NCBI GenBank assembly: GCA_035221665.1
Contig: CM069152.1
Span: 20,584,001-20,648,000 of the forward strand
Direction: 5' to 3'
From: Okamejei kenojei
Taxonomy: Eukaryota
DNA: 64,000 nt
Below the pieces are notes generated by a model. It saw only the letters and a list, made by a program, of their open reading frames with translations, had not been told where the DNA came from and did not search any database. The number at the start of each line of letters is the position of its first letter. Positions within the stretch are counted from its first letter, which is position 1. A program made the translations under genes and the position numbers. Below are positions 52,302-63,905 of this stretch, one piece after another.

Positions 52302-52518
52302 TAGCCACAAAATGCTGGAGTAACTCAGCGGGACCGGCAGCATCTCTGAAGAAAAGGAATGGGTGACGTTTCAGGTCAAGACCCTTCTTCAGACTTCGGG
52401 TCTCGACCTGGAACATCACCCATTCCTTCTGTCCAGAGATACTGTCTGTCCCGCTGAGTTACTCCAGCATTCCGTGTCAATCGTTGGTGTAAACCAGCAT
52501 CTGCAGTTCATTCCCACG
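52302..52518. mobile_element. Palindromic Penelope-derived non-autonomous element with 14-bp TSD
   Basis: TAAGTAGTTGATTA at 52288-52301 and 52519-52532. Inverted arms of ~80 bp (aatgctggagtaactcagcgggac / gtcccgctgagttactccagcatt). Confidence 0.88.
52365..52394 (-). ncRNA. Minimal type-I hammerhead ribozyme core (Penelope-associated variant)
   Basis: Minus strand reads GU CUGAAGA A GGGUC UU GACCU GAAAC GUC: CUGAnGA box, stem II hairpin, GAAA, loopless palindromic ACGU stem III and GUC triplet. Stem I is only ~2 bp in this copy. Confidence 0.65.
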
Positions 52519-52889
52519 TAAGTAGTTGATTACTTCAGCTCCCACCTGAGATCCTCAACAAAACACAAGGGTAGTTTTGATTTTCTGCCCAAGATAGTAT
52601 GAAACAGCTTTCAGCACGGGATGAAGTAAAAGCTCTGGGACTGGACAATCTCCTGACTGCAGGATGAAAGGCCTCCGCTCTGGCCAAACTGTTCCAGAAT
52701 AATTAACACTTTGGCATTCAACAATGCATAAAATCTGGATGGAAGTCCATTTGTACAAAAACACGATAAATAAAATTTAGTTAAGTACTACCCAAACATT
52801 CTCAAAGGAAAGTTACATGTTATTGTCATTGTTATCAAGTGGCAGTTATTGAACAATAACCTGCTCATCGATGCCCAGTTTTAACTTGC

Positions 52890-53870
52890 CATTGACTTGG
52901 CTTCCAAATTGAAGTCAATGGGCATCAAAGGGTAAATAGTGCAAATGGTGGAGTTATACCTCTCAGAATGGAAGATGATTGTGTTGTTAGAGGTCTTTAG
53001 ACCTTAGAGATACAGCGCAAAAGGTCTTTCGGGCCTCCACGTCTGAGCTGACAAGAGATCACCCCGTACACTAGCACTATCCTACACACTAGGGACAATT
53101 TACAGAAGCCAATTTACTGACTAACCTGTACATCTTTGGAGTGTGCGAGTAAACTGGAGCACCTGGAGAAAAACCATGCGGTCACAGGGAGAACATAAAA
53201 CTCCGTACAGACACTGCAGGATTGAACCCTGGTCTCTGGTGCGGTAAGGCAGCAACTCTACCACTGCATCCAAGACATCCTTACAGGAGTTCCGCGGGTC
53301 AGTGTCCTACCGTCAACCATCTTCTGCTGCATCAATTACTTTCCTTTGAGCATAACGTGGAAGTGGGGATGTTTATCTATGATCACACTCAGCAAATTAT
53401 ATAGCCCATGCCTAAATGCAAGACCTAGATAATATTCAGGCATTGGTTAATAAGTGACAAGTCATACTTGCACCCAAAAAGGGAGAGTCAATCAACTTAT
53501 TTTTGATATTTAAGAATATTTTCAGAAGTGAATTGCTGACCATCAAATCCAAGGGGTCAGCACTGACCAGAAAATAAACTAGACTGGCCACAGCAATACC
53601 ATTTTCACAAGATCAGAAGCTGGGTATCCTGTTGTGAGTGACATTCTTTGATGCTCCAAAGCTTTCACACCATCAACAAGGTACGTCAGGAGTGTACGGA
53701 ATATACTCCACTTTTGCGGTAAAGTAGAGCCAACCCCATTCAGGAAGCTCAAATCGGGATAAAAAACAAGCTGTTTGGCACCTCATTCACCATCTTAAAC
53801 ATTAATTCTAACACACAGTTGGCTGGAGTGTATATGGTATACAAAATGCACTGCAACTTCACCAGGCACA
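52890..53870 (+). mobile_element. Old CR1-group LINE RT/3' fragment, split by an HE1 SINE
   Basis: KLKSMGIKG..YLSEWKMIV, then GVPRVSVL..TIF..EVGMFIYDH, and KAFTPSTRYVRSV remnants. Confidence 0.6.
52997..53268 (-). mobile_element. HE1-type V-SINE
   Basis: Reverse complement of the HE1 tail (ttagagatacagcgc), V-domain (tctttggagtgtgcgag..aaaccatgcggtcacagggagaac) and head (ggattgaaccc..aggcagcaactctaccactgc). Confidence 0.85.
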
Positions 53871-55194
53871 CAAATAGTATTATTACAACAGTCGGTCACA
53901 GGCTGCATATCCTGTGGTGTGGTTCCTCCTGGAAGATTACTTTCAATTCTGATCACCCTTGTGAATTTTTTGTACCTTGTTCAATACCTATCTGACTTAT
54001 GTGCTGAAGTACTCTGACGTAATGACTAATGTACTCACTAGAAAAAAATATTTTGATTGTACACAAAAATCTGATGAAGCTTCTGCTGTAGCTTCACTTA
54101 ATCTGTTTACATCAAAACTTTTATCAACATTCAAGTCATATGTTCAAAAGCTAAGAATAAATGAAATTCTTCTTCTCTATTCAACTGACTTCCATCTGTT
54201 GATCCAATATTGAATCAATTGCAATCCTGCCAAAGAACAGCACATAAAAAATTAATAGTATGCCACATCTAAATTGTCCAAATAAATCTAACAATTTTAC
54301 TGCTAATTTTATTGAGTCCCTCAAGGTTTGGTCTACCCAGATGACCGTGAGCTCAATGGAACTGAACCAAATCATGTAGTCTGCATGGTATTCGCACTCA
54401 CCTTTCAGCTCTATTTGAATTGTTTTCCAATAGAAATTTAAGAAAACAGTGAAGATGACATTGATTTTTCCCATCAAAGAACATGAAATTCCATTAATTC
54501 ATTTAATCTTTTACAGATAGTTGAAGGCACATGAAACTGAACAAGTGGTTAATACTGAATTTATTCTGCTAATGCAATATAAAATCCAGGCCAGTGTGGT
54601 TGAAAAAAAAGTATTTAACAGTAAACTAATTAGTTCTAAAATAAATAGGATTAACATGGTTGGTGAGCTCATTAAATCTTTCTCAATGGATATGCTCCCT
54701 CTGAATGAGGTACATTAATTATCCAGCTACAAATTTACAAACTTAACTATAAAACATTGAATGGAAAAGCCTTTTGCAGGCTTGACCTGACAACAAAAAG
54801 GATGTCATTGCTGGCTGTGCATGGGATTTATGTAGACATCATTATTCTTGTGATTTCAACTGCAATATTTGTTCAGGGAAGCAAGAGGCAAGCAAATAAA
54901 AGAGTAATGGATTTGAGAATATTTGGCAGATCACTGAATTGGACTGCCAATGTTGTATTCATTGTGGTGAAATCCGAGTCGTGTCATTCATCCCACCTAT
55001 ATTGAAATAAGAAGGAAGAGTGAGCACCACAGGGTACTCAGTTTGGGTGTGACAGCAGATCAGCGCCGTGCAGGGCAGTGCTAAGCAAACCGTCTCCAAC
55101 TCACCTTTCGCCCGGTTGTATCCCGGGGCCAACAATTGATAAGACCATGCAAAGGAACATCTTGATCGTAGGAAGATACCAGAGAACCAGGTCA

Positions 55195-55343
55195 GTGGAC
55201 GTATCTGCACTAAACGTTAGTCCCTTTATCGGTACACTGTGGATGGCTCGATTGTAATCATGTATAGTCTTTCCGCTGACTGGGTAGCGGGCAACAAAAG
55301 CTTTTCACTGTACCTCAGTACATGTGATATACTAAACTAAACT
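55195..55343 (+). mobile_element. Rex1/Babar 3'UTR with (taaac)n tail
   Basis: tgcactaaacgtt..caacaaaagcttttcactgtacctcagtacatgtga..ctaaactaaact, homologous to 46040-46185. Confidence 0.75.
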
Positions 55344-56919
55344 TTCAAGCAATTAATCGAGGAGGAGAAAGCAATAGCTGAAAAATACACCTGGATCATT
55401 ATGGAAGTAAGTTTGGTCGAACTCTTCATGCAAAAGCTGTCTACTATTTGCTGATTAGTTCACTAAAGCCATTTATCATCTTCATACAAGCCATCAAATC
55501 CAGCTGCAGTGAGAGTCTCGCCATAAAGCTCACACTTATTTAAACCCCTCCCTGTTATTTAAGTTTTTGTAAGTGAAGCCATTTTGGAGCAGCTTTTTGT
55601 TGGAGTGGTTGTGCCTGTAATTGAGGATAAATGTTGAGTGCTGTGATTGAGGATACGTGTTGAGGTCTGGGTTCGAGAGGCTTCAGTGAGGAGGTTAATC
55701 AGAGCGTGAAAGTAAGATAAAGTGATGACTTTTTAACTTTCCTCTTTCGTCGGGATGGCAGTTCGGGCAGAGGCAAGCTCCTTCTGTGGGATGGATCAGT
55801 GTGTCGCTGGTGGTAAGTGTGTCCAGCTGCAGCTCCTGACTGACCAAATTAAGAAGCTAGATGCACGTAGTCTCATCCAGGATGAGCATGATAGATAGGA
55901 TTTTTAACAATGTGGTTACACCTAAGCTGCAGGCAAATAATGCCTTGCTGACCACCAGGACGGGCAAATGGAGTAGACAGAGTATAGGGAGCTGGGAAAA
56001 ATGTTAAAAAACCATGACGTCGAGGGCAGCAATCTCTAGATTACTTTGAGTGACACATGTGTGAATGTAGGAATAGTCAAACAGGCCCAATGAGTTGGTG
56101 CAGGGGGGAGGGATTTAGAATTTTGGAACATAGGGATCTCTTGTGAATCAGAGGTGATGTATAATTGAAGGACAGTTTGCACCTGAACTGGGGACCAACA
56201 TCCTCATGGGCAGATTTTCTAGTGCTATGAGGAAGGGCTTAAACTAGATTACACTGGGTGAGTAATGGAGTGGGAAAGGCAGATAAGAGGTTAGAAGTTG
56301 ATGCAGAAGTCAACAATATCAATGACAAGATGGGCAGGAGTGTGGCAGGGAACAACGAAGGACTATTGGATTAAACTGCGTTTATTTCAATGTTTGACAG
56401 AAGTAATAGCTATTATTGAAATATGGCTACAGCACAATAGTAGTCCGAGATTAAATTACTGAGGGATTATCCAGTCGAATCTTATAGGTGGAGTTGAGAA
56501 ATAAAAAGGAGATGATTACCTTGTAGGGATATACTATAATCCACAAATAGCCAATGGGAACTAGAGGGACCAATATAAGGGAAGATTGTGGAGATTTGCA
56601 AGAATAATTGAGTTGTCATAAAAACGGTATTTTTGTTTTCCTAATATAGACTGGAACTGCTATTGTCCCTGGGCTTTTATAGGGTGGAATTTGTTAACTT
56701 TGGATCTTTGTAAAGCTTAACCTACTCTTGGGAAATAATGCCAGGTAATAGACTGAGCTGCTCTTGAGAAGCTCTTTGGAACCAATGACCATAGTTCCAT
56801 TGGTTTTAAAATAGTTATGGAAAAGGACAGCACCGTCCCACATTAAAGATCTAAATCGTGCGATGGTGAATTTAACAGTATTGGCCTGGAGCTTACAGAG
56901 GTTGATTGGTGTAAGTTGG

Positions 56920-57045
56920 CGACACAAGGAACTGCAGATGCTGGTTTACAAAAAAACAAAGTGCTGGAGTAACTCAGTGGGTCAAGCAGCATCTCTGTAG
57001 CACATGGATAGGTCACGTTTCAGAATGGGACCCTTCTGACTTCAG
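56920..57045 (-). mobile_element. Penelope terminal-repeat fragment with decayed hammerhead
   Basis: aggaactgcagatgctggtttac..aaagtgctggagtaactcagtgggtc..gtcacgtttcagaatgggacccttctgac. Confidence 0.7.
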
Positions 57046-57112
57046 TAAAGTGTTGTTTGCCGGCAAAGGGACACATGACACGTGAGAGGCTTTGAAAAGT
57101 GTGATATTGTGA

Positions 57113-57415
57113 GTTTTGTTTAGTTTAAAATTACAGCGTGGAAGCAGGCCCTTAGGCCCAACGAGTCCGTGCCAACCAGCAATCACACATACACTAAGTT
57201 CTATCCTTCACACTTGGGACATTTTACAGAACCCAATTAACCTATAAACTTGCACGTCTTTGTAATGTGGGATGAAACCGGAGCACCCGGAGAAAACCCA
57301 TGCGGTCACAGGCATAAAATACAAACTCTGTACAGACAGCACCCATAGTCAGGATCGAACCTCAGTCTCTGCTGTAGTAAGGCAGCAACTCTGCTGCTGT
57401 GCCCTGTGCCACCCT
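57113..57415 (-). mobile_element. HE1-type V-SINE, full length
   Basis: Tail, V-domain (aaaccggagcacccggagaaaacccatgcggtcacagg) and head (ggatcgaacc..aggcagcaactc..gtgccaccc) in reverse orientation. Confidence 0.87.
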
Positions 57416-59235
57416 GGTTTGCATGTTCATTTAGAGTGAAGGCAAAGCCGGCAAGAATAGGAAACACTGGATGACAAGAGGTATTGAGGCTCTGGTTAGA
57501 AGAAAAGAGGCTGCATGGGTCAGGTGCATGCAGTTGGGATCAAGTGAATCTCTGGAGGAGTAACAAAGATACAGGAATGCACAAGAAAATCAGGGCATGA
57601 GATAGCTTTATAGATCAGTGGCATGAAATAGCATCAATTGTTAAAATTAAGTAGAATCCTATGAAATCTTATGTATATTAAGGGACAGGGATAATTAGAA
57701 AGAGATTAAGGTGCTCAAAGACCAAATTAGATGTATATCTGTGTAGATGGATATGGTCCTCAATATGTCCTAGCCCACATATCAGAGAGAGACAAATCAA
57801 TCTTTCTCGCTGAATTAAATGGTTTTGGAAAAGCTTGGTTGGCAAGGAGGAAAGAAAAATAACTCCAATAGTGCCTACCTTCTGCCAAAATAGTTAGCGC
57901 ATGTTATTATCATAGCCAATATTTTGTAATGACAGAGAGTCAAGCATGAGACATCATGGCAACGCCTATATTCTATGAAGCTAAGTGTTAAATAATATTG
58001 TATTCTGAGCACGAGCCACCACGAATGTCTACATTAGCTCCATTATGATAAGCACCTATGTCTGTTGGTTTATTCACCAGCTAATCCCTTCCATCACTTC
58101 CATCAGCTTGGCCCAAAAACAATAGCAGTACAAGACACTATTAATATTGACATTTCAAGGTTCCCAGAAAGATGGCTCTTCACAGGCAGCCTTATATCAC
58201 CCACGCAACAAGAGCTGCAGTATGTTCACAGTGTCTGAATTGCCTGAGGTATACCACAATCAGAAACTAGAAAAGGATAATAGCATGCTCTCACATGTTA
58301 ATATCACAACATTGAAGCCTTAATCACACTCCATCAGTTCCAATAGGCAGAACAGATTTGCAGCTCAATGCCAGACATCTAAAACAAACACGATATTCTG
58401 AGCTCCATCATGCCAACGATTACCAGATGAACAGGCAAAACGACCCATGGATGTAATCAAAGTTTCCCCAATAAACTGCAATATCTGCATTACCTTGCGG
58501 AAACACTTTACCCATGACTGTTCTAAATGGATGACGAGCACTTGGGATGACATTGAAGAATATGTCATACAGAAGCTCGGTGTAAATAGTCTTCCGTCTC
58601 CATCCACGAAGAATTAGATTAATTATTTCCAGGTATGTGCATCTTCTTCAGATTTTAGCTCTTCTGACAACCAAATGTCCATGGAAACAATTTTTAGAAT
58701 ATTCCCTTTGTATTGGGAATAATTCTTGAACCATAATTCCAGCAATCGCAATCAGTCTCACAATTAGTCTCATCAGCATAATCCATGGCAAAGTACTCAT
58801 GTTGCTTAGATATACAATTGGCGTATTAAAGGATGATAATAGTATTAGAATGAATGTAACAAATTAAGAATCATCAACTGCACCTTGGCAAATGATCAAT
58901 ATTGATAACGATTCTCGAGGATCTATGAAACTCACCAGACCCAGGTGAATGGATTAGAATGACCAACAACTGGTCATTTGACAATAACTGGTAAAAACCC
59001 TGGTGTACAAACCCTCATGTTACTATTACATTCCACTGAACAGCACAGAGCAATTTGAATCAGCATAAAAGGAAACCTTCAACAATAATCATTATAAATT
59101 AAATGTTACCATTTTGAGGTAAGTACAATGACATTCTGATGGAAACTAGTCTGTGATAAAGAGAAATAAAAACATTTGCTTCAAATGCAAACAGTTCTGG
59201 TAATGCGGCATTCTCCCCTCTCCTTGTGATCTTAC

Positions 59236-59426
59236 CTTAAACATCAGATAGTCATCCGGGTGTTCTGCATATATTGATGACAGCTTGTACTGGTTCTCTG
59301 TCGTGACATCAATCTTGTAACCCGTCAGGGTGTAGCAGACAGCTCGGAATTCCTGAATCTTCTTATGGAACACCTCCTTCAACCGTTGGTTCTTCAACTC
59401 TGCACTGCTTACTTGCCTGCGCATTT
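59236..59426 (-). CDS. MAD1L1: Internal (penultimate) coding exon of MAD1L1, mitotic spindle checkpoint protein Mad1, C-terminal domain
   Basis: Translates to (E)[63 protein letters not shown], closely matching the recalled Mad1 C-terminal region (..[54 protein letters not shown]..). The acceptor tttgtactcag|AA (AG at 59428-59427) and donor AAG|gtaaga (GT at 59235-59234) are canonical. Length 191 bp, phase 1 to phase 0. Confidence 0.96.
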
Positions 59427-59839
59427 CTGAGTACAAAGTTTACAAAATATTATTTTATCACTGCTAAATGGTGGACATCAATCAATTTTAATGAATATCC
59501 CAATGGCAATCAATAGCAATCAAAGCTGCAATTTTTCAAGAGTTATAAATCTGCTGACTGATTGGATGGGTTCTAACAGATTTTATGGAATGAAATGAAT
59601 GCAAAGTTGTAACCTTATGAGTAGTTCAGATAACATATGAAACAAAGAACATAGCATCATTAACCAACTCAGTGTTGTCAATAAAAGGTTATTGCATAAA
59701 ACCCCCAATCACTCACAATTTTTATTTGGTTGCAGTGTTTATAGGATATAACATCCTTCTAAAGAATACATTTCTTCCATTTCAGCATTGCTCCATCAAT
59801 CACATATCACACATTCTTCTACACATATTATAAAAACTG

Positions 59840-59905
59840 AAGATAGACACAAAATGCTGGAGTAACTCAGCGGGGCAGGCAGCACCTCTGGAGAGAAGGA
59901 ATGGA
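59840..59905 (-). mobile_element. Truncated Penelope terminal-repeat fragment
   Basis: acacaaaatgctggagtaactcagcggggcaggcagcacctctggagagaaggaatgg, nearly identical to the left arm of the 52302 element. Confidence 0.75.
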
Positions 59906-59935
59906 AATCACATTTTAATCATAGCTAAAGATGAT

Positions 59936-60102
59936 NNNNNNNNNNNNNNNNNNNNNNNNNNNNNNNNNNNNNNNNNNNNNNNNNNNNNNNNNNNNNNNNN
60001 NNNNNNNNNNNNNNNNNNNNNNNNNNNNNNNNNNNNNNNNNNNNNNNNNNNNNNNNNNNNNNNNNNNNNNNNNNNNNNNNNNNNNNNNNNNNNNNNNNNN
60101 NN
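59936..60102. other. Assembly gap (167 N)
   Basis: Run of n. Confidence 1.
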
Positions 60103-60230
60103 CGGGTGTCAAGGGTTATGGAGAGAAGGCAGGAGAATGGGGTTAGGAGGGAGAGATAGTTCAGCCATGATTGAATGCCGCAGTGGACTTGATGGGCCTA
60201 ATTCTTCTATCACTTACGGCCTTATGAAAC
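60103..60230 (+). mobile_element. CR1 3' tail; its 5' part lies in the gap
   Basis: GVKGYGEKAGEWG* and the same tail as at 10823 and 31675. Confidence 0.8.
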
Positions 60231-60249
60231 TGCTCTCAACTCCCCTTTT

Positions 60250-62750
60250 ATGCCTGCCCACATAATCCTCAACTCACCCAAATTCTGCATCTCAGCCTTA
60301 ACATATTCAATAATCTTCCCAATATCTCTCTAGGATAGGCATTACCATAGATTCAGAACTCTCTGGGAAGCCACTCGCTCGGAAACTTTGACCATTGGTT
60401 TTCGACTCCCCTACAATTGGGAATCATACTCTCAACATTAGCTCATCAAGTATTAATATTTTAATAAGATCACCATTTGTTCTTCTTCATTCAAGATATT
60501 GATCCTAATGGTTATGGCAAGGCTTCATCACTTTTATACTCCATCCCTCTTGCAAGAAAGGCCATTCCATACGCCTTATTAATTATTTGCTGTGCCAGTG
60601 CACAGACATTGACCCCGTCCTGAACTGCGAGTCTGTTTCCATTTAAATTGCTTTTCAGTACCTCCTTTCTATGTGTAATTTTACATTTCACCACACTACA
60701 TTTGCCAATTTGTTTGCCCACTTTCTCGCTTTTCAGACCCTCTGTGTCCTTCTCACCAATTGTATCCCCACCAGTTTTGATGCTCAAAATAAATGTAGAA
60801 GCAATATACTGAGCCTCCTTATCCAAGTCATTAAAATAGTTGAGGCTCCAGCACTTATCCTTGTGGCAACCAATTGGTTACAGCTTACCAACGTAAAAAT
60901 TATCTTTCCCAAATATTCTATTAGTTAGCCCCATTCTATGTGCAAGCTATAACACCAAATGCCATGAATAGTAACCTTTTAGGTGGTACTTTATCGAATG
61001 TGATATGGAAATCTAAATATGCCACATGTACTGGTTCGAGTCATAGTTATAGATTCATACAGCATGGAAACAGGCCCTTCGGCCCACCTTTTCCATGCCA
61101 ACCAACATGCCCCGACTACACTAGTACCACCTGCCCGCGATTGGCCCATATTCCTCTAAATCTATCCTACCCATGTACATGTCCAAATGTTCTTTAAACA
61201 TTGTGATAGTACCTGCTTCAATGACCCCCTCTGGCTGTTCGTTCCATATAGCTACCACCCTTTGCGTAAAAAAGTTGCTCCTCAGGTTTCTATTAAATCT
61301 TTCCCCCCTCACTTTTATCTATGTCCTCTGGTTCTTGATTCCCCTACACTGGGTAATAGACTGTGCATTTACCCTATCTGTTTCTTTCCAAGATCATCCT
61401 CCTGTGCTCCAAGGAATAAAGTCCTAGCCTGCTCAACCTCTCCCTATAGCCCAGGCCCTCCAGTCCTGGCAATATCCTTGTAACGTATCTGGACCATTTC
61501 CAGCTTAACAACATCTTCACTATAACAGGGTGATCAAAACTGAACACAATACTCTAAATGTGGCATCACGAATGTCTTGTATAAAAGTAACAAAACTTAT
61601 ATTCTCAATACTCTGACTGATGAAGGTCAATGTGTCCAAAGCCTTCTTGACCACCCTATCTACCCCATCATCTACCCTGCTCATTATATCCTGAGATAAC
61701 TCAAATACAATTTCCATTTCATTGTCACCTTGACTCTGTTTGCAATATGGATTTCCAAATGTCCTGTAATCATTAGCATTTTACCAAAGACAGCTCATCT
61801 ATATTTTGCTTCTGTCCTATGCACATACCCATCACATTTTTTGATGAAGGGGCTACATTTGCAGTTTTCCAACATTGCAACAAGGTAACTCTGTCCGGTA
61901 ATAACCAATACATACAGATTGTTGCAGATACCTTCCTTATTACATACGGATGCAGGCAATCAGATCCACTTGTTAGCCTTTAGATCCATTTGTTTGATAA
62001 GAATCTTTTCTCTAATTAGAATAATTATTCAAAGTTCATCCTCTTCTGTTCCCTCTCATTTTTATGGTATTATTAGGATGCTTCCCTCATCTTCTGCCTG
62101 GATGATGGATGGAATATTGTAATTCTCTGCCAGTTCCATATTTCCAATTACTAATTTCTCACTCAATCTCTAAGGTGCCAACCAACTACTTGCTACTTTT
62201 TAAAATTCTTGTGAACATTGTTGTTATTTTAACATATTTCTTGCTACTTTACTTTCATAATTTAATTTAACCTTTTCATTTTATCTGAATCACCTTTTAC
62301 TAGTTTTGAACATTCACCTATCTGCACCATTAATCTTCACAGCACTGCACGCCTTTACTTTTACTCTGACACTCTGCTTAATTTATTTTGTTAGTCACGG
62401 ATGAATTACCTTTCTCTTAACAGTATTTCCAATGAGATATTTCTTGTTTGAACATATTTATTTAAACCTTCCACTTCATCAACTTTTAGTCTAATTTTCT
62501 AGTCCACTTTTGACCTTTGCAATTACCTTTATTTACATTTAAAGCACTAGTTTCTTACCCTCAAACTGAAAGTGAAATTCTATCAAGTTATGATCACTCT
62601 TCTCCAGAAGTTCCTTCTCTAGAACTAGTTCCTCTTCATTCCACATTATCAAGTCTAAATTAGTCAATTCCATGATTCATTATGTAATTTACTTTTCTAA
62701 GAATCTATCCCAAATATAATATAAACTCGTGTCCAAGGTTAACAATGCCA
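60250..62750 (-). mobile_element. Old degenerate CR1 LINE ORF2, split by a younger HER1 copy
   Basis: KAYGMAFLARGMEYKSDEAL and YLDFHITFDKVPPK remnants. Decayed sequence continues to ~62750. Confidence 0.55.
61040..61680 (-). mobile_element. HER1 LINE 3' fragment
   Basis: ORFs RGERFNRNLRSNFFTQRVVAIWNEQPEGVIEAGT and VDRVVKKALDTLTFISQSIE, with the HE1-shared tail at 61045-61090. Confidence 0.85.
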
Positions 62751-63619
62751 GAATATATCTGAAATAAAATATTCTGCTTCAACAAGCAAAGTATAAACAA
62801 TATTTAAACCTAATTCACTTTTTTTAATGCACTGAAGAACACAAGATGTATTTTTGTATTGTAAAATTATGTGCAGGCTAAGCATTGAATCTTTTATTTA
62901 GGAAGTATCAATTTTGTTTTCCGTTCTTCAGGGATTTTAAATTAAATATTAATGTGAGGTTGTTTGAATGAATAATTAACAAAATATAATGACATATTCA
63001 AAAACATTTCATCATCATCCAAGGATGCAGGATATAGGAGAAAAAAGTTAAAACTCTGATTATAAATATTGGATTATATTTTAAGATAATGCACCATCAC
63101 AGTGGCAAAGTGTGACGAACAAGTCTGAATAAAATAATTTATAATGCAAAATAGTAAGATAAAAGATGCATTGACAGCATGACAACTAGATGCACATAAA
63201 AAGGATTTAATATATTACATGGGCATCTGCATGCAACTGTGATTTACACAAATTGATAGCCTGTCACAATTCATTCCACACTACTGATGTCATTTTATCA
63301 GTGAAAATTTAAGCATGGATCATAGGGACACTAGTGGAGAGGTTGGATTTTTTTTTCAAAGTGATGGGTGATCAGCTTGCTAGAAGTAATCACCAAGAAA
63401 AAACAAAAACTACATTAGAGAAGATGGATTTCTCAGATGTTCTAGGTAACATAAATGCAGGCCAATTGAAGCCTACACTGTTCACAGGCCTCATATACGT
63501 GGGTTGATTTTGTCTACAAGGGCAAACTGAGCATTGCGCGCTCATTAACATCAATGCATATGCCAATTGGCCTTGGTGCATCTGACCCTCATTCGCATGA
63601 AGTACCTCAAACAAAAAAA

Positions 63620-63905
63620 CAGGTAGAGCTACTGCCTCATAGTGCCAGAGATCTGGGTTTGTCCTGACCTCGGGTGCTGTCTGTGTGAAGTGTGCACGTT
63701 TTCTCTGTGACCTTGTGGGTGTCCTCCTGGTGCTCTGGTTTCCACCCACATCCCAAAGACATGTGGGTTGGAAGGTAAATTGCCCTCTGTAAATTTCCCC
63801 GAGTGTGTCGAGAAAGTGGATGCAAAAGTGGGCGATCAATGGACGAAGTGGACTTCGTGGGCCGAAAGGCCTTCTCTACGCTGTATCTTTCAATCAATTT
63901 CAATC
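63620..63905 (+). mobile_element. HE1-type V-SINE
   Basis: ggtagagctactgcctc..gggtttgtcctgacctcgggtgctgtctgtgtg, V-domain, and gggccgaaaggccttctctacgctgtatctttcaatcaatttcaatc. Confidence 0.85.

Larger units (their letters stand above)
55575..57770 (+). mobile_element. Degenerate CR1 LINE 5' half (5'UTR, ORF1, endonuclease) with nested elements
   Basis: MAVRAEASSFCGM..KCVQLQLLTDQIKKLD..VVTPKLQ (ORF1), SWCRGEGFRILEHRDL (esterase), and WVELRNKK..LREQY-like endonuclease remnants. Confidence 0.7.
1..59235 (-). other. MAD1L1: Very large (probably last) intron of MAD1L1
   Basis: Lies downstream of the exon donor on the minus strand. I did not find the expected terminal exon (..KMQLLETEFS..-like) by eye, so the intron probably runs beyond position 1. 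Confidence 0.7.

Noticed and set aside
59146-59235. ORF-track extension ([12 protein letters not shown]..) after the MAD1L1 exon, as an alternative C-terminus
   Set aside because: It is read-through of a canonical gtaaga donor. It has no Mad1 similarity and I see no nearby minus-strand AATAAA.
59915-60146. ORFs made of X residues
   Set aside because: Artefacts of the N gap.
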